Source: Vibrio aquaticus
GTDB lineage: Bacteria > Pseudomonadota > Gammaproteobacteria > Enterobacterales > Vibrionaceae
Direction of reading: 5' to 3'
Assembly (NCBI RefSeq): GCF_003970385.1
Contig: NZ_RXZH01000001.1
Location: 849,300 to 873,299, forward strand
Length of the DNA stretch: 24,000 bases
Position numbers and translations under genes: made by a program. The notes beneath the pieces are model-generated. The model did no database searches, was not told where the DNA came from, and worked only from the letters and a program-made list of their open reading frames with translations. Positions 23,367 to 24,000 of the stretch are shown here, piece after piece (the stretch's first letter is position 1; every line of letters begins with the position of its first letter).

Positions 23367-24000
23367 ATGGCTTTAGACATGGAACAGCTGCGCAAGATGT
23401 TTTACGAGGAATGTCGTGAAAATCTTGAAGTTCTCGAAGAGGTGTTACTCAATCTTGATGTCACCAATATCGAAGAGGAGTCAATAAATACCATATTCCG
23501 AGCGGCTCACTCGATAAAAGGGGGCGCTGGGACATTTAATCTGATGGACATCAGTGAGTTTACTCACAACGTTGAGGCCTATCTTGATTTAGTGAGAAAC
23601 AACGAGCGAACGTTGACTCCTGATTCCATTGATTTGCTGTTGAAAAGTGGAGACTGCATACACAGCATGCTAGAAGGGCATGAACTGGGCAGTGAAGTGA
23701 ACGATGCGCTCAAAAAAGAAGTCAGTGAAAGACTGGCTGTTTTGCTCGACGATTCGAATCAATCAGACAATCAATCTACCACTAGCAGCGAACCTGATTC
23801 TGACACCACCGATCTCGAAGGTGATTGGGCGATTCGCTTTATCCCCCATAAAGAGATGTTCTTCAGTGGTAATGACCCATTAAGAATTTTGCGAGAACTC
23901 AAAGACCTCGATCCTTCTTGTGAGATTTCCGTTGATGCATCAAACCTACCAGACATTGACCAGATTGAATCTGAGCTGTGTTATTTGTCATGGAATGCGA
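23367..24000 (+). CDS. cheA: Chemotaxis histidine kinase CheA, N-terminal part (continues beyond the window)
   Basis: Open frame from ATG 23367 to the window end. It is absent from the ORF track because it has no stop. It translates to MALDMEQLRKMFYEECRENLEVLE...FRAAHSIKGGAGTF, the Hpt phosphorylation motif. Confidence 0.85.
   Translation, partial: MALDMEQLRKMFYEECRENLEVLEEVLLNLDVTNIEEESINTIFRAAHSIKGGAGTFNLMDISEFTHNVEAYLDLVRNNERTLTPDSIDLLLKSGDCIHSMLEGHELGSEVNDALKKEVSERLAVLLDDSNQSDNQSTTSSEPDSDTTDLEGDWAIRFIPHKEMFFSGNDPLRILRELKDLDPSCEISVDASNLPDIDQIESELCYLSWNA

Noticed and set aside
1-24000. Search for CRISPR arrays, IS elements, integrases, tRNA/rRNA genes and prophage remnants.
   Set aside because: No regularly spaced repeat array exists other than the origin iterons. 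No transposase- or integrase-like ORF is in the track, and I recognised no tRNA cloverleaf or rRNA-like sequence by eye.

Overview
This window is the replication-origin neighbourhood of a Vibrionaceae secondary chromosome (chromosome 2). The core is rctB (14848-16818, minus), then a ~1.2 kb ORF-free origin (16819-18010), then parA2-parB2 (18056-20253, plus). The origin holds six GAAAGCATGATCA-type iterons phased at 22-23 bp, six more dispersed copies in both orientations, two perfect DnaA boxes (TTATCCACA), AT-rich tracts and about 22 GATC sites by hand count. Five TTTACAnTGTAAA (parS2-type) sites are spread over the window.

Left flank, in order: an OmpR-type response regulator with a histidine kinase; a 0.68 kb ORF-free spacer; an IbrA/IbrB-like PP-loop (PAPS-reductase-fold) plus ParB-fold gene pair; an aromatic amino acid permease with tryptophanase (tnaA); an overlapping ToxR-like/ToxS-like membrane regulator pair; a LysR regulator divergent from a DUF2798 gene; a YebC-family gene; and two small acidic proteins. 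These are followed by a near-consensus Fur box in front of two Dpp/Opp-type ABC ATPase genes and a coupled unknown gene, with no permease present.

Right flank: tmcA, then the start of a chemotaxis cluster (STAS protein, cheY, 5' part of cheA).

The most unusual items are:
- The IbrAB-like pair, together with a divergently oriented candidate ~235-nt structured ncRNA. The loop of that RNA's terminator hairpin is complementary to the ibrA-like start codon region.
- Three iteron-like sites, two of them forming a perfect 22-bp inverted repeat, lying outside the origin beyond the 3' end of rctB.
- The Fur-controlled orphan ATPase operon.

No CRISPR array, transposase, integrase, rRNA or tRNA was recognised. 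All calls come from reading the sequence and the ORF track; no database search was run.
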